Assembly (NCBI GenBank): GCA_964187785.1
Contig: OZ076414.1
Span: 34,038,001 to 34,102,000, forward strand
Direction: 5' to 3'
Length of the DNA: 64,000 bases
DNA from: Amphiscolops sp. MND2022
Lineage: Eukaryota
Below, one piece after another: positions 14,282 through 28,300 of this stretch. The position numbers and the translations under genes are program-made. Below the pieces are notes generated by a model. That model was given only the letters and a program-made list of their open reading frames with translations, did not search any database and was not told the origin of the DNA. Positions within the stretch are counted from its first letter, which is position 1, and every line of letters begins with the position of its first letter.

Positions 14282-15999
14282 CGCAAAGCGTGTCCAAGAT
14301 TCCTTTTACAGTGAGAAATGAGCATTTTGTTGTTTAAGCAACGTTTCACCTCGAATGTGCGTCGTATCGTGAAACATTATTCACGTAAGGCGCCCGAAGT
14401 GACGAGTTTCGTAGCAATTTGGTACATAACTGGTTGCCTTTCAAAAGTTGCGTTTTCATAATAGTGATAGGAACCGAGCGCGCTCAATTAATCCTCCATG
14501 AAAGTGACAACGTTGGAAACAAACTTTGTTGTTTTGAATTTCCATTGTTTGGACGACTGACACGTTATGGAGCGTGCCGGGATTCAATAAATATTACAAA
14601 CAAGTTAATCCAAAACCGAATCCCGAAGGCAGTTGCAATGTTCCCCGAAAACGAACGCTCACTGGTTGTCCAATGCAAAAACGCTCATCAAAAGTTGTAT
14701 AATTTCTTTATTTGGGCTCTCTACGTTTTTCGTGACTTCAGCCAAAGCTTTATTTGATCAAAAATCATGGGTTAACATGAAACGGCCCGGATTATGTGAG
14801 TCTATTCGAAGTTCTGATTCAAAAATTATTTTCTGAGAGTTTGGCACCCTGTAATTTGGCAATGCCTTCACATAGTAGACAAACTCTTCAACACGTTACA
14901 GTTCGACATGCATGTAGGTTTGTATTCTTGGTGGGAAAAGAACTTTTTCTAATTGATTTGTTTGCAAATCATGCTGATACTTCGCTAGGTAGTGATCTAA
15001 AATAGACTTGAAATTCAAGTAATTCCTTCATCAAGTTGCTGGCTGGCGTGCGCTACGAACACTGTATATGAACTCTATCATGCGCTTCGTACTATAATGT
15101 GCCATAACATCATGTGTTTCATAATACGATCAAACAACGCCATCACGCCAATCGTAGGACAAAACGTGATATGATCAAAGATTCGAGCATGATCGCTGTT
15201 ACTACAACATAGGGAGGGTCATCTCGGGTAGAGATGTGAGATTGTTTATTTTAACATCAACGAAATATAATACTTTCAAATATAGACTTTAAACAATTTT
15301 CACGTGTACTCATGAAGCTTTGCAGCGTGCTTGCTTTTTTCATTTTATAAACTTCAACTTTCTAAACATAAAAGTCTGAGAACTTCTTATAAAAGTTCTC
15401 AGATCTTACAGCTTTGAACTTCAGGTATCATATTAAATGTTTTTGGCCCAGAAGTATCCCAATGACCAACGTCTGTTTTTTCAAAACAATCACTATTGAA
15501 AGAAATTGAGTAATCCTATCTCATTGTCTTCTTTCCTGATTTCAACCTCTTGTAAAGTTATTGGGTTAGAAGTTAAAGTAATTGAATCACGTAGCAGTAA
15601 TTTGAATTTGAGTTTTCTTACATGTTAGTGGAAGGAATTGGAACGTTTAGTGTTTCCACTTCCAGCAAATGGTAAGCTAAGAACAAAGACAACTACTTTG
15701 TAGTACCACTCATTCATTATTACTTGCTCCAAGTAATTACGAAAGCTGAAAATTCTCAAAAGCAAAACTTTTTGAAACTAGCTTATATGGAATACTATCA
15801 GAAAAGGATTATTTGAGCCCCACCCCTGAGCTCTTCAGCAAAATCGAACGGATCACTTTCAAGTATTCTCTGAATGCTTTAAAAAACAAAAGCAGTCGCC
15901 ATTTCTTTCGATGGGTTGATACTAATTGCAGAAAAATAATGAAAAAAATAAACTTACTTTCAAATGTTTCGATCAAATTTGACAAATTTTGGTGAAAAA

Positions 16000-17124
16000 G
16001 AATAAATAAGTAAATAATAGAGTTGTATCAGGTGTACCACAAGGAACATTGTTAGGTCCTTTGTTGTTCAATCTTATGTGAACAGTATGCAGAATCAGAT
16101 CAAACGACCAACTCATTTGAAACAGTATGCAGACGACACATTTTTGTTTGCGGCTGCTGACAAGGCTCGATCAAAATCTGAAACAAGTATTAAACAATTA
16201 GAGAAAAGTGTTGAAAATTTGTCGAAACATCGATTGAATATCAATACGAGCAAAACAGAAAATATTGTTTTATCTGAACCATCAAAGAACAAAGAGCAGG
16301 AAGAGCTCAGGTTGAAAATAGGTAATCATTTGATAAAACCAAAAGAATCTGCGAAATATTTGGGTATACCTTTAGATCGAAACCTGACATTTAAACAATT
16401 AAGTATTAAACAATTAGAGAAAAGTGTTGAAAATTTGTCGAAACATCGATTGAATATCAATACGAGCAAAACAGAAATTATTGTTTTATCTGAACCATCA
16501 AAGAACAAAGAGCAGGAAGAGCTCAGGTTGAAAATAGGTAATCATTTGATAAAACCAAAAGAATCTGCGAAATATTTGGGTTTACATTTAGATCGAAACC
16601 TGACATTTCAACAAAAAGTGGAAAATATATTACAAAAAATGGCCTGTGGAATCAAAACGATTCATTGCTCACGAGGTTTCCTTCAGCAAAAAGAAAAACT
16701 TTTGGTTCTATATTCTCTCGTAATTAGTCATTAACACTATTCTTCCATTCTTCCTACTGGTATATCGCCGAATCGTTTGACAAATTTGGAAAAACAGTTA
16801 AATTGGGCAGTAAAAGCTTGCTTTCATCGAAACAAACTGGAATCAGCACATGATTTTAGAATCAGACACAACATCAGAAATTTTTTGGATTATAAAACTA
16901 TTTACTATTTTTGGAAAAGGAAATCTCATCTTTTTACCTTCTTTTTCGACATAATGAAATTACCACAGCAAACTTCAACCATAAAGTATGAACAAAAAAG
17001 TTGGTCTATAACTCCTATTTTCGGAGTGAATTTACCCGCAAAAGTTTCTTCAAGAGAGGCAGTCTTTTATGGAACACCCTACCACAAACCCTACAGTATA
17101 CGAAAGAATCAATTGAAAATATGA
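16000..17124 (+). pseudogene. 5'-truncated non-LTR (LINE) retrotransposon reverse transcriptase fragment
   Basis: SGVPQGTLLGPLLFNL (frameshift) YVNSM...QYADDTFLF, ...LNINTSKTE, KYLGLHLDRNLTF: RT subdomains 4-7 of non-LTR elements. Contains frameshifts and an in-frame 216-bp duplication. Confidence 0.9.
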
Positions 17125-20100
17125 AAAAAAAATCAGACGTTGCTTTATTGAAAAGTTTGTGAATGGATTTGAAAATCCTCAATTTGGTCAAAAATGATGG
17201 AAGGATTACCGTTTTAGATTACTGAAAATTTTTAGTAATAATCTGTATGTCTTATTTCTGTGCACATTGTTCTTCATGTCATTTGGAAAGTTTGTTTTTA
17301 TTTTAAATATGCAAGTGGAAATTTAGTGTTTTTTCTTTTTTTAAGTAAGCTTTCGTTATCCAGCATAAAAATTGTAGCTGCTGTTGTAAAAAAGTTACTT
17401 GATTATAAATGAATCGAAAATTTAATGGTGACTGTAGAATTTCAAGCAATTCTGATCACGAATATTCTGAAAAATTTTTGCCTACTCAAAACAAAAAAAG
17501 ATAGTTGTTGAGTTTGATTCCTTTTTGACTCGATGGCACTCCCATGAAATGACAAACTTTCTGTCTCGAATTATTGTCACCAAATATTTGTGAGAAATTA
17601 AAGTGAATTCGAGACAATTTCACTTCTGATTGTCACGAACACGAATAAATAAACAATTCAATGCCGGCCAAGAAAGGAAAGATCAATTTTCAAATACGTC
17701 ACCTTGTCTAGGAAGTTTCCTCAATTCGTTATTTATTCCCTTTTTATTTTCTTGCTTGTCTAATTCATTAGACCGGATTGAAGTAGCGAAATGATTGACA
17801 TAAGGTTACTCTTTTAACGGCTTGAATGTCAAGCATTCGCAGTCATAACTTCCCCAAAAAGTGCTTGTAATTTTCTGGGAGCTGTCAATTTGATTGGAGT
17901 GTTGTAATTCATGAAGTTCAGTCAGCTCGTGGTATTTTGAAAGAATGCAGACTGAGATTGGAATTATATAGATAAATTTTAAATAACTTTGATCGAATTA
18001 TAATTCACTTTCAACATTTGGGAAGATTTAGTTGAACCTCCGTTGAAGTATCCGGAAAAGTATATAAAAACAGACACTAAATAGATTTAGACATTCGTAA
18101 AAGAATTTGAATAACAGAAATTTGATGCAAAACTAGTCACATGAGCGGTGTTTTTAATGTATTCTACAGGGAAATTTGATGTGAGCAGTCTACTCAAATT
18201 TCATTACGCGCATCCGAAAAAGGTGAAAAAGTAGGAGTATTAGGTCATCCTGCACACAAAGCCTAACCGTATATGTGCCCCGGTTAAGAAACAAGCGAAC
18301 CACGGTTGTTAAAGAATAAATAATGTAAAAGTTTTCAAGATCAGCATTCTAGTAGTATGAGTTCCATAACTTTGTTCACAAGTTAACAGGAAGAGTTGGT
18401 GAATCGGTTTAAATCCTAATTAGGATTTTAAAAACAAATCACTCCTACGTACTGACTCTTTAGAGCTGACACAAACACTTCTGGATTTTTGAAGAGCAAA
18501 CGCTGTGCTTTTTTGAGTAGCATTCTTGATTCATTATTCTCTCCTCGATTGCTTACACAGTAGGAAACTGTCGTTCCGAAGATCAGCCAATCCTTTTGAA
18601 ATATATTTTCAACATTGGTTTTTCAATCTCGAAAATTTTGCAAAAAAAGTTTTCAACACCTTGCTTCACATGACACACACGTCACTCCGACACACACTTT
18701 TTGGAAAAGTCACTCTGGGCCCTGCAAAAGTTTTCCAAACTTTCTCGAAACTGAAGTCTACAAATAAATATATACAAATTAAAAATATCCAATATTGAAG
18801 GTTATTAATAATCAATGCGTATGGGCTAGACAGGGAAGAAACTTTTTGTGATGATGTTTTCTAATTTCACCGTATTAAAATTCGAAAGAGTTTGACTGCT
18901 GATAGGTTTTGGTTCGCTAACTTTTCGGTTCAAAAACGTTTTGAATCTGCTGTCATTCGAAAAAATGATTTTCAATAACTAAATGTGATTTCGGAGCCTA
19001 ATCACAGTGCAAATGGCCCACGCATAATATCAAATTTCAGATCTACAATTTAAAAATTCATGTTTGTACCATCAGACGCAAAGTGTCTCAATTAGTGTCT
19101 CATGTATCTAAAGGTTTTGGAACGTTTTTGTAAGAACTTGAACAATAGAAAATAAAAACGTTTTCTAAATTTTTCTCTAGTATTTATGAATCATGAGTCA
19201 TACTTTGCGAGGTTAGTTGAAAAAAAAGATCTTTTGAATTTTTTGCTATTCAGGTTCTGTGGAATATGAATAATTTCTTCGTTCGCTGACTAAATTTAAA
19301 GAAAACACTACAATTGAATACTTTTCGGTTACTCTTTTGGGTTGCACTCGCTATTACTATACCTATTGTTTGCAATACGCAATCAAAATACCTTTTCTCA
19401 CAAATCTTTGTTTAAATAGAACAGAGAAGCTATTATTCAAACCTTGGCTGGTCGAAAAATAACAAAGCAGGCTCAAGAATGCTGAATTTTAAAAAATATC
19501 AAAATGCTCTTTTCATATTCAGCTTTTCAAAAAACCAGAGAGCTGCTCTCTCCAATTCTTTGTCTAGTTTTCCCACTGGTGGCTTCTAGCAAACATGCAC
19601 ACCCACAAGTAGGCTCTAAACGCCATGTTGTAGGGCACGTGGAAATCATTTTGATGAAAAACTGCCAAAATTTGACTAAAAATTCACTTTTTGGGATTAC
19701 GGAATATTCAAGAGGACACTGTCCCACAATTTTCATTCGACGCTCTATGGAATAAAACGCGACCATTGTAGTGGCTTTTCGTCATGATTAATTTTTTTCC
19801 CAATCCTGTCGGTCGGTGTGACCATTCCATACCAAATGCCAAAATTTGAAAGTGAGCAACAATTCTACAAATTGGCCAAACGGCCGGAATGGTCACCCAA
19901 GTCAAGATTGCTAGAACTTTGTACATGCTGCATGGAAGAATGCAGGCTAATTTTGTTTACAAAACGTGGAAAATTCAGGGAACATTTTGTAGGATTACAA
20001 TGCAGCTTCCACTAATTCAATTAAAACTGAAAACATTTCCACTTTTTCACTGTCGCGATCACTATTAATCACTAAGTAATCACGCACGCTGAGTATGAGG

Positions 20101-21932
20101 CTACTTAGAAAGTTATAATGTGACTGAAGTTTATTTGCACTGAAATTGTGGTAAAATTGATGATGACTTAGTTGCCTTCAAAATTAGAACTGATTTTTAA
20201 TAAAACCTGTAAAACTTCGTGTCTTGGAATTGCCGCCAAAGTTAGGATGCATCTAAAAGGCAGCTTGATGAAATTGAATCGAATCAGTGAGAATTTAATG
20301 CATGGATGTTTCCCTGAGAATTTTATAGATTCAAAAATTATATTGGTAACCTGCACAAACTTGTAAAAAAGATCAACCAGGGCACCACATTCTTATTTTT
20401 TCATTTCTATTTGTAATAATTAAGTTTTTTGTAACCAGATAAGGTATTTTCGGAACCTTACAATTTTGTTTTCGAAAAGAAGTGCACTTTTCGAAAATGT
20501 CTATTAGTTTGTTTTTGATTTTTTTTGAACAGGAAAAACTGTATTTTTTTAATTTTCGGCACTGTTTGATTTGTTTTAGGAAATTTGTTTCGCAAAAGGG
20601 TTTTCGCTTTGGTTCTTTGATATTTCCGGTGAGAAAACAGGAAAAAACTTTGTTTTTTGTGTGTTTCTTGTGATATTTCCATTGAGGCCCAAATCGTACC
20701 CATTTGCATGTTTCTGCAATATTGGCCTGACTGAGAATCTGTCAAAAGAGATTCCTTGACGCTTTGAAGTACTTTTGCTTTTTTTGAGCCCTAAATTCGA
20801 CGCCGAGTTACGCTGTTCCCGGTTTGTATTGTTTTCAGGGAAACTTTACTTCATGATGGGCTTTCGAAGGAAAAAATAAGTGGACCGTATTGCGAATTTA
20901 ATCTTCAAAAAAACATTTTCACAACAACTGAAATTGTCAGTTTGAGATGAACGTTTTAGATTGACAAGTATTATTAATATCTTACGAGAAATTATCGTGG
21001 ATGAAATGAATTTTGCAAAGTAAATCCCAATTAACCCCAAACAATTGTACATTTCAGGCACTATTCTTGTTTCTAAATGCAGCGTCGATCAAGCGTTTAT
21101 TGCCAGAAAAAACATTCAAAAATTAATTTTGTATTTTCAGGAATCCTGTCAATCATTCAGACTCAATGCAGCATTTGGAACTTGCAAACATTCTACGTTT
21201 TGTACCACAAATTTCTCAGTCTGAGAAACAGTCGAAAAAATTGTCGCTGTCATTTTTTTCACTTATGCACATTAAGTTGTCTACGAAACTCCAGTAAATT
21301 TCAATTCATTGTAGAATCGTTCGAAAAATTGAGCTCAGGAAACAGGCAGAAATTAACGAAGCTTACAAGAACTTTTATGTTTTTGGTTCATCATATTACA
21401 CTTCATTCATGAAACACCGAATGAAACACTAAACGTTGTGCTAATCTCTCAAAAACCTTGGTACATGTTTCGTGTTTCTGAATGTTAGTAATGGTTTACA
21501 GAGTCTGGTGTACATTCAAAGCTAATGTTAACATATCAGTTATGACTAGCAAAGTAAAATTTCAGTGGCGCCTAAATCCGCCTTTCCTGCTTATTTACTT
21601 CATTTTTGTATCTTTTTTATTGAGTTTTATAGATGTATTCTTTGCAACATATAGCATAAATTTGACTTTTTTTGGAAAATGTGGTGTATCTAAATGTATT
21701 GATCGCCTTCCAGTTAAAAATCAACAAATTTTCTGGAAAACATTTTTTGACTTGTGTTTGTTTCTGACATGACAATTTTTTTTGATATAAAGTAGCAGCA
21801 CTTTTGGACTTTTCATGAGTTTTTTTCTATTTTTTTTGTTACTTTATTGCCGACGAAACTAACAGTTTTCCTTTTCCGCCTCAAAAGGCGGCCTCTTTTT
21901 GACATCGACTGCCTAAATTTTATTTTTAGTTA

Positions 21933-22504
21933 CCCGTGTTAGCAAACCATGTACTTCCATAAATGGTCCATGTGAAATCCATTCATGGTCCATATACATG
22001 GTCATGCTGTTGTTTTGCATGGAATCGCCTAGTTCATGCATGTATCATAGATGATCCATGCATGGAATCCAAAAACTCAAAAAAGCTGAATTAGCTCATA
22101 AGAAGCTTTACAGAACCAGCCATCGGAGATACGAATTTAAGAAAAACGGCACACCTGTCAATATAATTCACTTTTTGAGACTAAAAAATGGAGAAAAAGC
22201 CTTAGAAATGGAAAAAAAGGAAACTGAAAAAAAACATCCCTATCAGATATTCCTTCGTAAAAAGCGGAGTGTCTTGATTCTTTTGTTTTGACACCGCAAC
22301 TTAACTGAAACCAAAATTTAAGATGAATTGCGCCTAAAACACTCAGAATTTTTGAGTTCAGAACTGTTTGAGTTTTCCTACTACGTGGAGCGCAAAAAAC
22401 TTAACAAGTGTTGATTTAGTTTTTGAACTTTTTTTCGAAAAAACGGATTCCATGCATGGACCAAGCATGACCATGCATGGAACTTCAAGAAACCTCCACA
22501 CGAG
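21933..22504. mobile_element. MITE-like element with TA-CCCGTG...CACGAG-TA ends
   Basis: Short imperfect TIR flanked by TA. Perfect 16-bp inverted pair tccatgcatggaatcc (22055-22070) / ggattccatgcatgga (22445-22460), plus CATG-rich subterminal repeats. Confidence 0.55.
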
Positions 22505-23280
22505 TATGACTGACTTGAGAATATTCACTGATATTTTCTCACTTTTACTCTTCAGTACCAAAGTATGATATAGAATAGTAAACAAACTTGAATTTTAGCC
22601 CGCAATGGCACACGTACCTTGATTATCAGAGATCACCTTTAAAGTCAAGCTCCTCCATTTTTCCCTTTCTTTGCTGTTTGTTGTTCAGATGGGTCAAATG
22701 TTTTTTTTTACCTCAAGGCCGGATTCGTGCCACGCTGATCTTTGAAAAAAGTTTCTATGTAGTGAGTGATTTCAACAAAAGTTTCTGTAAAAAATGTTCA
22801 CCCACCAGTTAAATCCACTTGTTTACAGTGATTGGATAATGAAGCCAATATCTTTCAGCCGCGCCATTTTAAACGGCAGTCAATTTCTGACAGCTAATTA
22901 ATGAACAAAAAATGCCTCTCAAGTCTTTGCTAAGTCTTTTCTATCTGAAAAAATTCCCTTCAGACAACTGATAGACAGGCAATTGACAGAGAAAAGTACC
23001 GTCCACGTAATCAGTGGAAAGAACACATGTTTCAGCTGCAATTCTAATGGATCCAGACTGTCATTCACGTCCTTCAAAGAATTAAATGTTCATCAGCGAG
23101 ACTTGAGATGAAATTCAAGTTTAACGGGCTGTCTGAGAGTGTAACTTTGTGACGTAATTCTATCAACGCTTTTTCAAGATTTTTTTCTTTACTATTTTAG
23201 TTAGCGTAGAGTAGAAAAGACTGAGTTTTTCGACTGATGAACTCTGAATGTTTAATTGAGCAATATGGAATGAGGTCTTT

Positions 23281-23720
23281 ATTAGGAGTCGGAAAAAATT
23301 TTCGACTACTTATGCAATCGTGCTGTTTTTTTTCTCCCGACCTTTTCATGAAAATTTCAAATTTCTCAAAAACTGTCCATACGATTTTTATAAAATTTTG
23401 CACAGTCATTCTACACCCAAAGGGGCCCCTGCGTGCGGAATGGCATCAAAATCGTATGACTGTGTTGTGAGAAACATAGCCAAAATTAGCCCAAAAATGG
23501 CCGAAAAACAGCCATTTTTCGACTTTTTTCGAATTTCTCAAAAACTGTCCATACGATTCGAACGAAATTTTCTACAGTTATTCTACACCAAATCAGAGTC
23601 CTATATGTGCAATGGCATCAAAATCGTATGGCTGGGATGTGAGAAACGTAGCCAAAATTAGCCCAAAAATGGTCAAAAAAGGACCATTTTTCGACTTCAG
23701 AAGGAAAAAGACCTAAGCCG
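23281..23720. repeat. Interspersed repeat with ~172-bp tandem units
   Basis: tttctcaaaaactgtccatacgatt...ggcatcaaaatcgtatg..tg...gccaaaattagcccaaaaatgg recurs at offsets 23362 and 23534. A degenerate copy flanks the copia insertion. Confidence 0.7.
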
Positions 23721-24086
23721 ACTCCTTTACCGCACATGCGGCTCTGGTTTACATTGATTTTAGTCAAGGAATAAACAAGCAAGAAACGTCCCCCAAAATT
23801 TGTGTTTTGTAAAATCATTGATTGAAAGCTGCATGTCTTTTTTTCCTGATTGCTTATGTTCACAAAACGTTTCCATTTTTCCGAACTTCGGTTTTTGTTC
23901 CAAATCATTGAAAATCTTTGGATTATGGATTCTTGGATTATTTTGAAAATTAAAATGACTTTAAAGGGTTCTTTAAGTTTCTCCGCGTGACAACCGCCAC
24001 CGCCAAGATTTCAATGGAAAAATCAACGGAATCACCACTGCAAAGAGAATTCAGTTTAAACCATATACAATATGTTTTATACCCTT

Positions 24087-24292
24087 TGTAGAATAGAGCA
24101 TGGTAAAGGTCACAATGTCATGTAAGATTACATAACTTCATACCATACTGTCTATGACCATATTACATAATGTACCTGCTAACATAGTACTGAAGATTAC
24201 TGTATATCTTAACAACACAATAACCTTAGATACAGTTACAATTCAGTATTACATTCCTTACCTCTTTTGAATATAACCGAATACATACAACA
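24087..24292 (+). repeat. 5' LTR of Mag-like element (206 bp)
   Basis: tgtagaatagagc...catacaaca; one mismatch seen against 29838-30043. Confidence 0.95.
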
Positions 24293-24304
24293 TGGCGCAG
24301 TCAG
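24293..24304 (+). promoter_or_regulatory. Primer binding site, tRNA-Ser-like
   Basis: TGGCGCAGTC directly after the LTR, complementary to the ...GACUGCGCCA 3' end typical of invertebrate tRNA-Ser. Confidence 0.7.
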
Positions 24305-24306
24305 AA

Positions 24307-25230
24307 TGAGTCAAAAGAACGAGACGAACCCGACAGAAGTGTCAAGCAGGAACTCCTCAAGCGAAGAATCCGGAGAAAAGAAGGGGAGATCAACAACACA
24401 CCAAAAAATAACGTTACCCATATTTGAGAAGAAGAACATTCAAGAGGACAAATTATGGTGGCGACGATTTCTACAATATGTCAAAATGACGCAGAAGATC
24501 GATTTAAACAGAATGACAACGAACAAAGAGATTATAGACGACTACTGAGAAGAACTGGAGACAAAAAAAGGATATTTTTATCTGGGCTCTGGGAGAAGAA
24601 GCGGTCACCGAAATGACAAAAACAGTGAGAGACAATGACCCAAACAAAATGAATATAAATCAGCTATATTCAATATTTAGACTTCACTTCATCCCAGAAA
24701 GAAACAAGTTTCATAGTGGAGCCGATTTTTTCGGAATAGTACGAGAACCCAGCGAAACAGCTGAAGATGTATGGACCAGAATTCTCCAGACAGAGAAAAA
24801 CTGTGAATTTGACAATGTTACACCAGCCGAGCGTATTGCTTCTAAGTTCCTGTCATTAATTGGAAGGTCAACGGGAGATTATGAACTGAAGAAAAAAATA
24901 CGGAAAAGCAACATGACAATCGAAACCATTACCGATCTTATACACGAGTACATGTATGACCGATTAAATGATTCAAACAACTCAAACGACGGAAGAAACG
25001 TAAAACATGTACAGGAAAGGCCCCAAAAGAGAAAATGGTCAGAAAAAATCCAGTTACGAAAGGAACAAGAAACGACCGGAATATCAGAAACAAAAATACA
25101 AAGATAACCGGTGCGGACAGTGCGGAGCACCTAACTGGTCAAGACAACACATTTGCCCAGCCAGAACGGTAGAATGCAGAAACTGTAAAAAGAAGGGACA
25201 TTAGAAAAAAATGTGCAGACTGCCAAAAAG
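24307..25230 (+). pseudogene. gag: gag (interrupted by stops and frameshifts)
   Basis: Capsid-like region (RLHFIPERNKFHSGADFF) and Mag-type double zinc knuckle CGQCG...HICPARTVECRNCKKKGH*. Stops at 24546 and 25202. Confidence 0.85.
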
Positions 25231-25322
25231 AATACAATACGTGGATAAAATATCATCCTCAGCTGAAGAAGACGACTGGGATCACAACAAAATACAAAGT
25301 ATCAACAACAAGAAGAAGAAAA

Positions 25323-28300
25323 AATAACCAGCTTTTCAAGGACACTTCAGAGGTGACGAAATTAAACACAAACTACAAAGATGTAAACGACAACAAAATT
25401 GAATTCCGGGGACAAACACTAGCAACAGTGAAAGCAAACATTACGACGCTACAATTACCACTGCTAATCACTAAAGCAAGTATAACACCGTTAATGGGAT
25501 TAGACTGGATGAACCGGCTAGGTATAGCTCTCAACACAACAACGGAGGACGTCAAAATACACAACATCAAACTGGATGAAACCCAAAAGAAAATCCTAAA
25601 ATTAAAAAACGAATTCAAGGACCTATTCTACAATAACACGGAAATAAAGAATTTATCGGTAAAGATAAATCTGAAAGAAGACGCAAAAATAATACAGCAG
25701 AAAAGCAGACCAGTACCGATCCATTTGCAAGAACAAGTGGCCAAGGAAATCAAACGACTAATAAAGAACGGCTATCTCGAAAGAGCAACTGAGATAACCG
25801 AAAATTGCTTTGTGAGCCCCGCGGTAATTACAGTGAAGAAGGACAAATCGGTAAAGATCGCTTTAGACTCAAGAAAAATGAACGGAGCAACAATAAAAAG
25901 AAAAGCCCAAATGCCAAATTTGGAAGAACTGATATCGAGAATATCACGAAAAAATATCTGAAAAAAGAAGGCGAAATATGGCTAACAAAACTAGATTTTG
26001 ATTACGGATATGGACAAATCAAACTGGACGATGAAACAAAAAATCTCTGCATATTCACCATAACAGGAGGAGAAGTCACGGGATACTACCGTTTCCTCAA
26101 AGGATTCTACGGACTGGCAGATATACCAACCATTTTCCAGGAACGGATAGACAAAACACTAGAATTCAAACACCCCGCTTGGTTGGACGATATCATAATC
26201 GTAACCAAAGGAACAATAGATAACAATGAAGCGGAGGTAAAAGAGACAATGGAAAAGCTAAAAAAAGCCGGGTACAGACTACACCCAAACAAATGCGAAT
26301 TCTTCAAACAGGAAGCAGAATGGATTGGACATAGAATGGACCAAAACGGAATCAGACCTCTACAAGATAAACTGGGAGCCATCACAAAGATAGAAATACC
26401 AAAGAACGAAAAAGAACCAAAATCATTCTTGGGCGCAATCCAATACCTGGCAAAAAACATAGAAAACTTGTCAGCACAAACAGATATCCTCAGAAAAGTA
26501 CTGAAAAAACAAAACGAATGGAATTGGACACAAGAACATACGGAGGCATTCAACAACCTAAAAAAGTTAATAACACAACTGCCATGCCTAGCCCACTATA
26601 ACGCCGATAAAGAAAATATCCTAACAACGGACGCCAGTACAAAAGGATTGGGGGCAACATTATGGCAAAAACAAAAAGATGGAAATTTTAAGCCGATCGG
26701 ATTCGCAAGTAAATTTTTATCGGACACGGAGAAAAAGTACGCACTAAACGAACTAGAATTGTTAGCTGTAGCGTGGGGATTGGAAAATTTTCGCCTATAC
26801 ATATACGGAAAACCAATTGAATTACTTACCGATCACCAAGCACTGGAGCCGCTAATTAAAAGGAATAGATCAAATAAAACTTATAGTGCAAGATTAACAA
26901 GATGGTTTGATAGACTGGCACACTTTGATATCAACATAAAGCATATCGCTGGAAAACACTTGATGTTGACGGATTATTTAAGTAAAAACCCTGTAGCAAA
27001 GCCGGTACCAATTGAGAATTACGACGAAGAATACGTAATCAATTGCATAATACCTCTACTGGAGTTCATTAACACGCATGGCAGCATCTCGGATGAAAGG
27101 AAAGCGACGATGCAAACGGAAAACAACACAGCGAAGCAAAACAACAACCAATAACAGACAAGAAGCGTGAACAAACAACCGCTCACCATAAATCAGATAA
27201 ACGAACGCAAGCCATTCAAAACTTTGCAAACGAGCGAACCAAACGATTCATACCGCAAATTTGACCACCGTTCAATCAATATGGAAATTAAAACAATTGA
27301 AAGCATCGAGAAAGATGATCCATCAGAAGATACACTCCGACTTACGAGCAGATGGAGAGAAATTATTAAACCGGGCGATTATCGATTTACCCAAAGACAG
27401 TGGAGAAAATATGCATCCCCGAGAACATTGAGAGCTGAATTAAAGAGAATCGAAGTAGACTTATGGCAAAGGAGAAATAGACTAATCTGGCAGAAAATGG
27501 AGAAGAATAATAAAGAAGCACCGGAAGAAGTAGCACGAAAAAAGGAGTTCCACAGTGTAATTGAGATGATCAGAAATCTGCCTAAACGAGACGAAGCAGG
27601 CCCGAACAGCAGCAACACATAGCAGCAAAAACAACCACGGTACGAAGAAGAGAACATAAACGTAGACCAGAGAGACGAAACGGAAACAATGTCTTCCGAT
27701 TCAGACCAAACAATAGCCGTACCGACTATAAACTTCAAAAGATATCTGGGCGCAACCAGCGTGAGATATATTCAAATGGGAACCGCAAGCAAAGTACAGC
27801 ATGACGACAAGTGGGATTTAGAAGAAACTGTACGACAAGCTGAACAAAAATTTTCAACGGACCTGCGAACAATCGCAGACGAAACTACCAATGATGAAAA
27901 GCTACTAATGACACTGGTTTGCCTTGAGAGAAGAAATTTTGAACAAATCCCTGAAGAGTATAAACAATACAAAAACAACCTCTCGACACGATTTGGAGTC
28001 GTCTTTTACGACGACAAAATAGTTATATCAAAACCACTTAGACAAACCGTCATTATGTTATTGCATAAAGGATACCATGCAATCAACAAAATGAGCCACG
28101 CTGCCCGCCCATTCTGGTGGCCTAAACTGACAAAGGACATCCAATCCAAATGCAATGACTGCATTCCCTGCAAGATGTCAGGTAAGAGTAATAAGCCACA
28201 ATTACCCATGACCGAAATTAACTACTTAACACCGGCCGGAAAACCAAATCAGGAAATTCAATTGGACTTCGTCGGACCTAAAAGATTTAAGCACCGGAGA

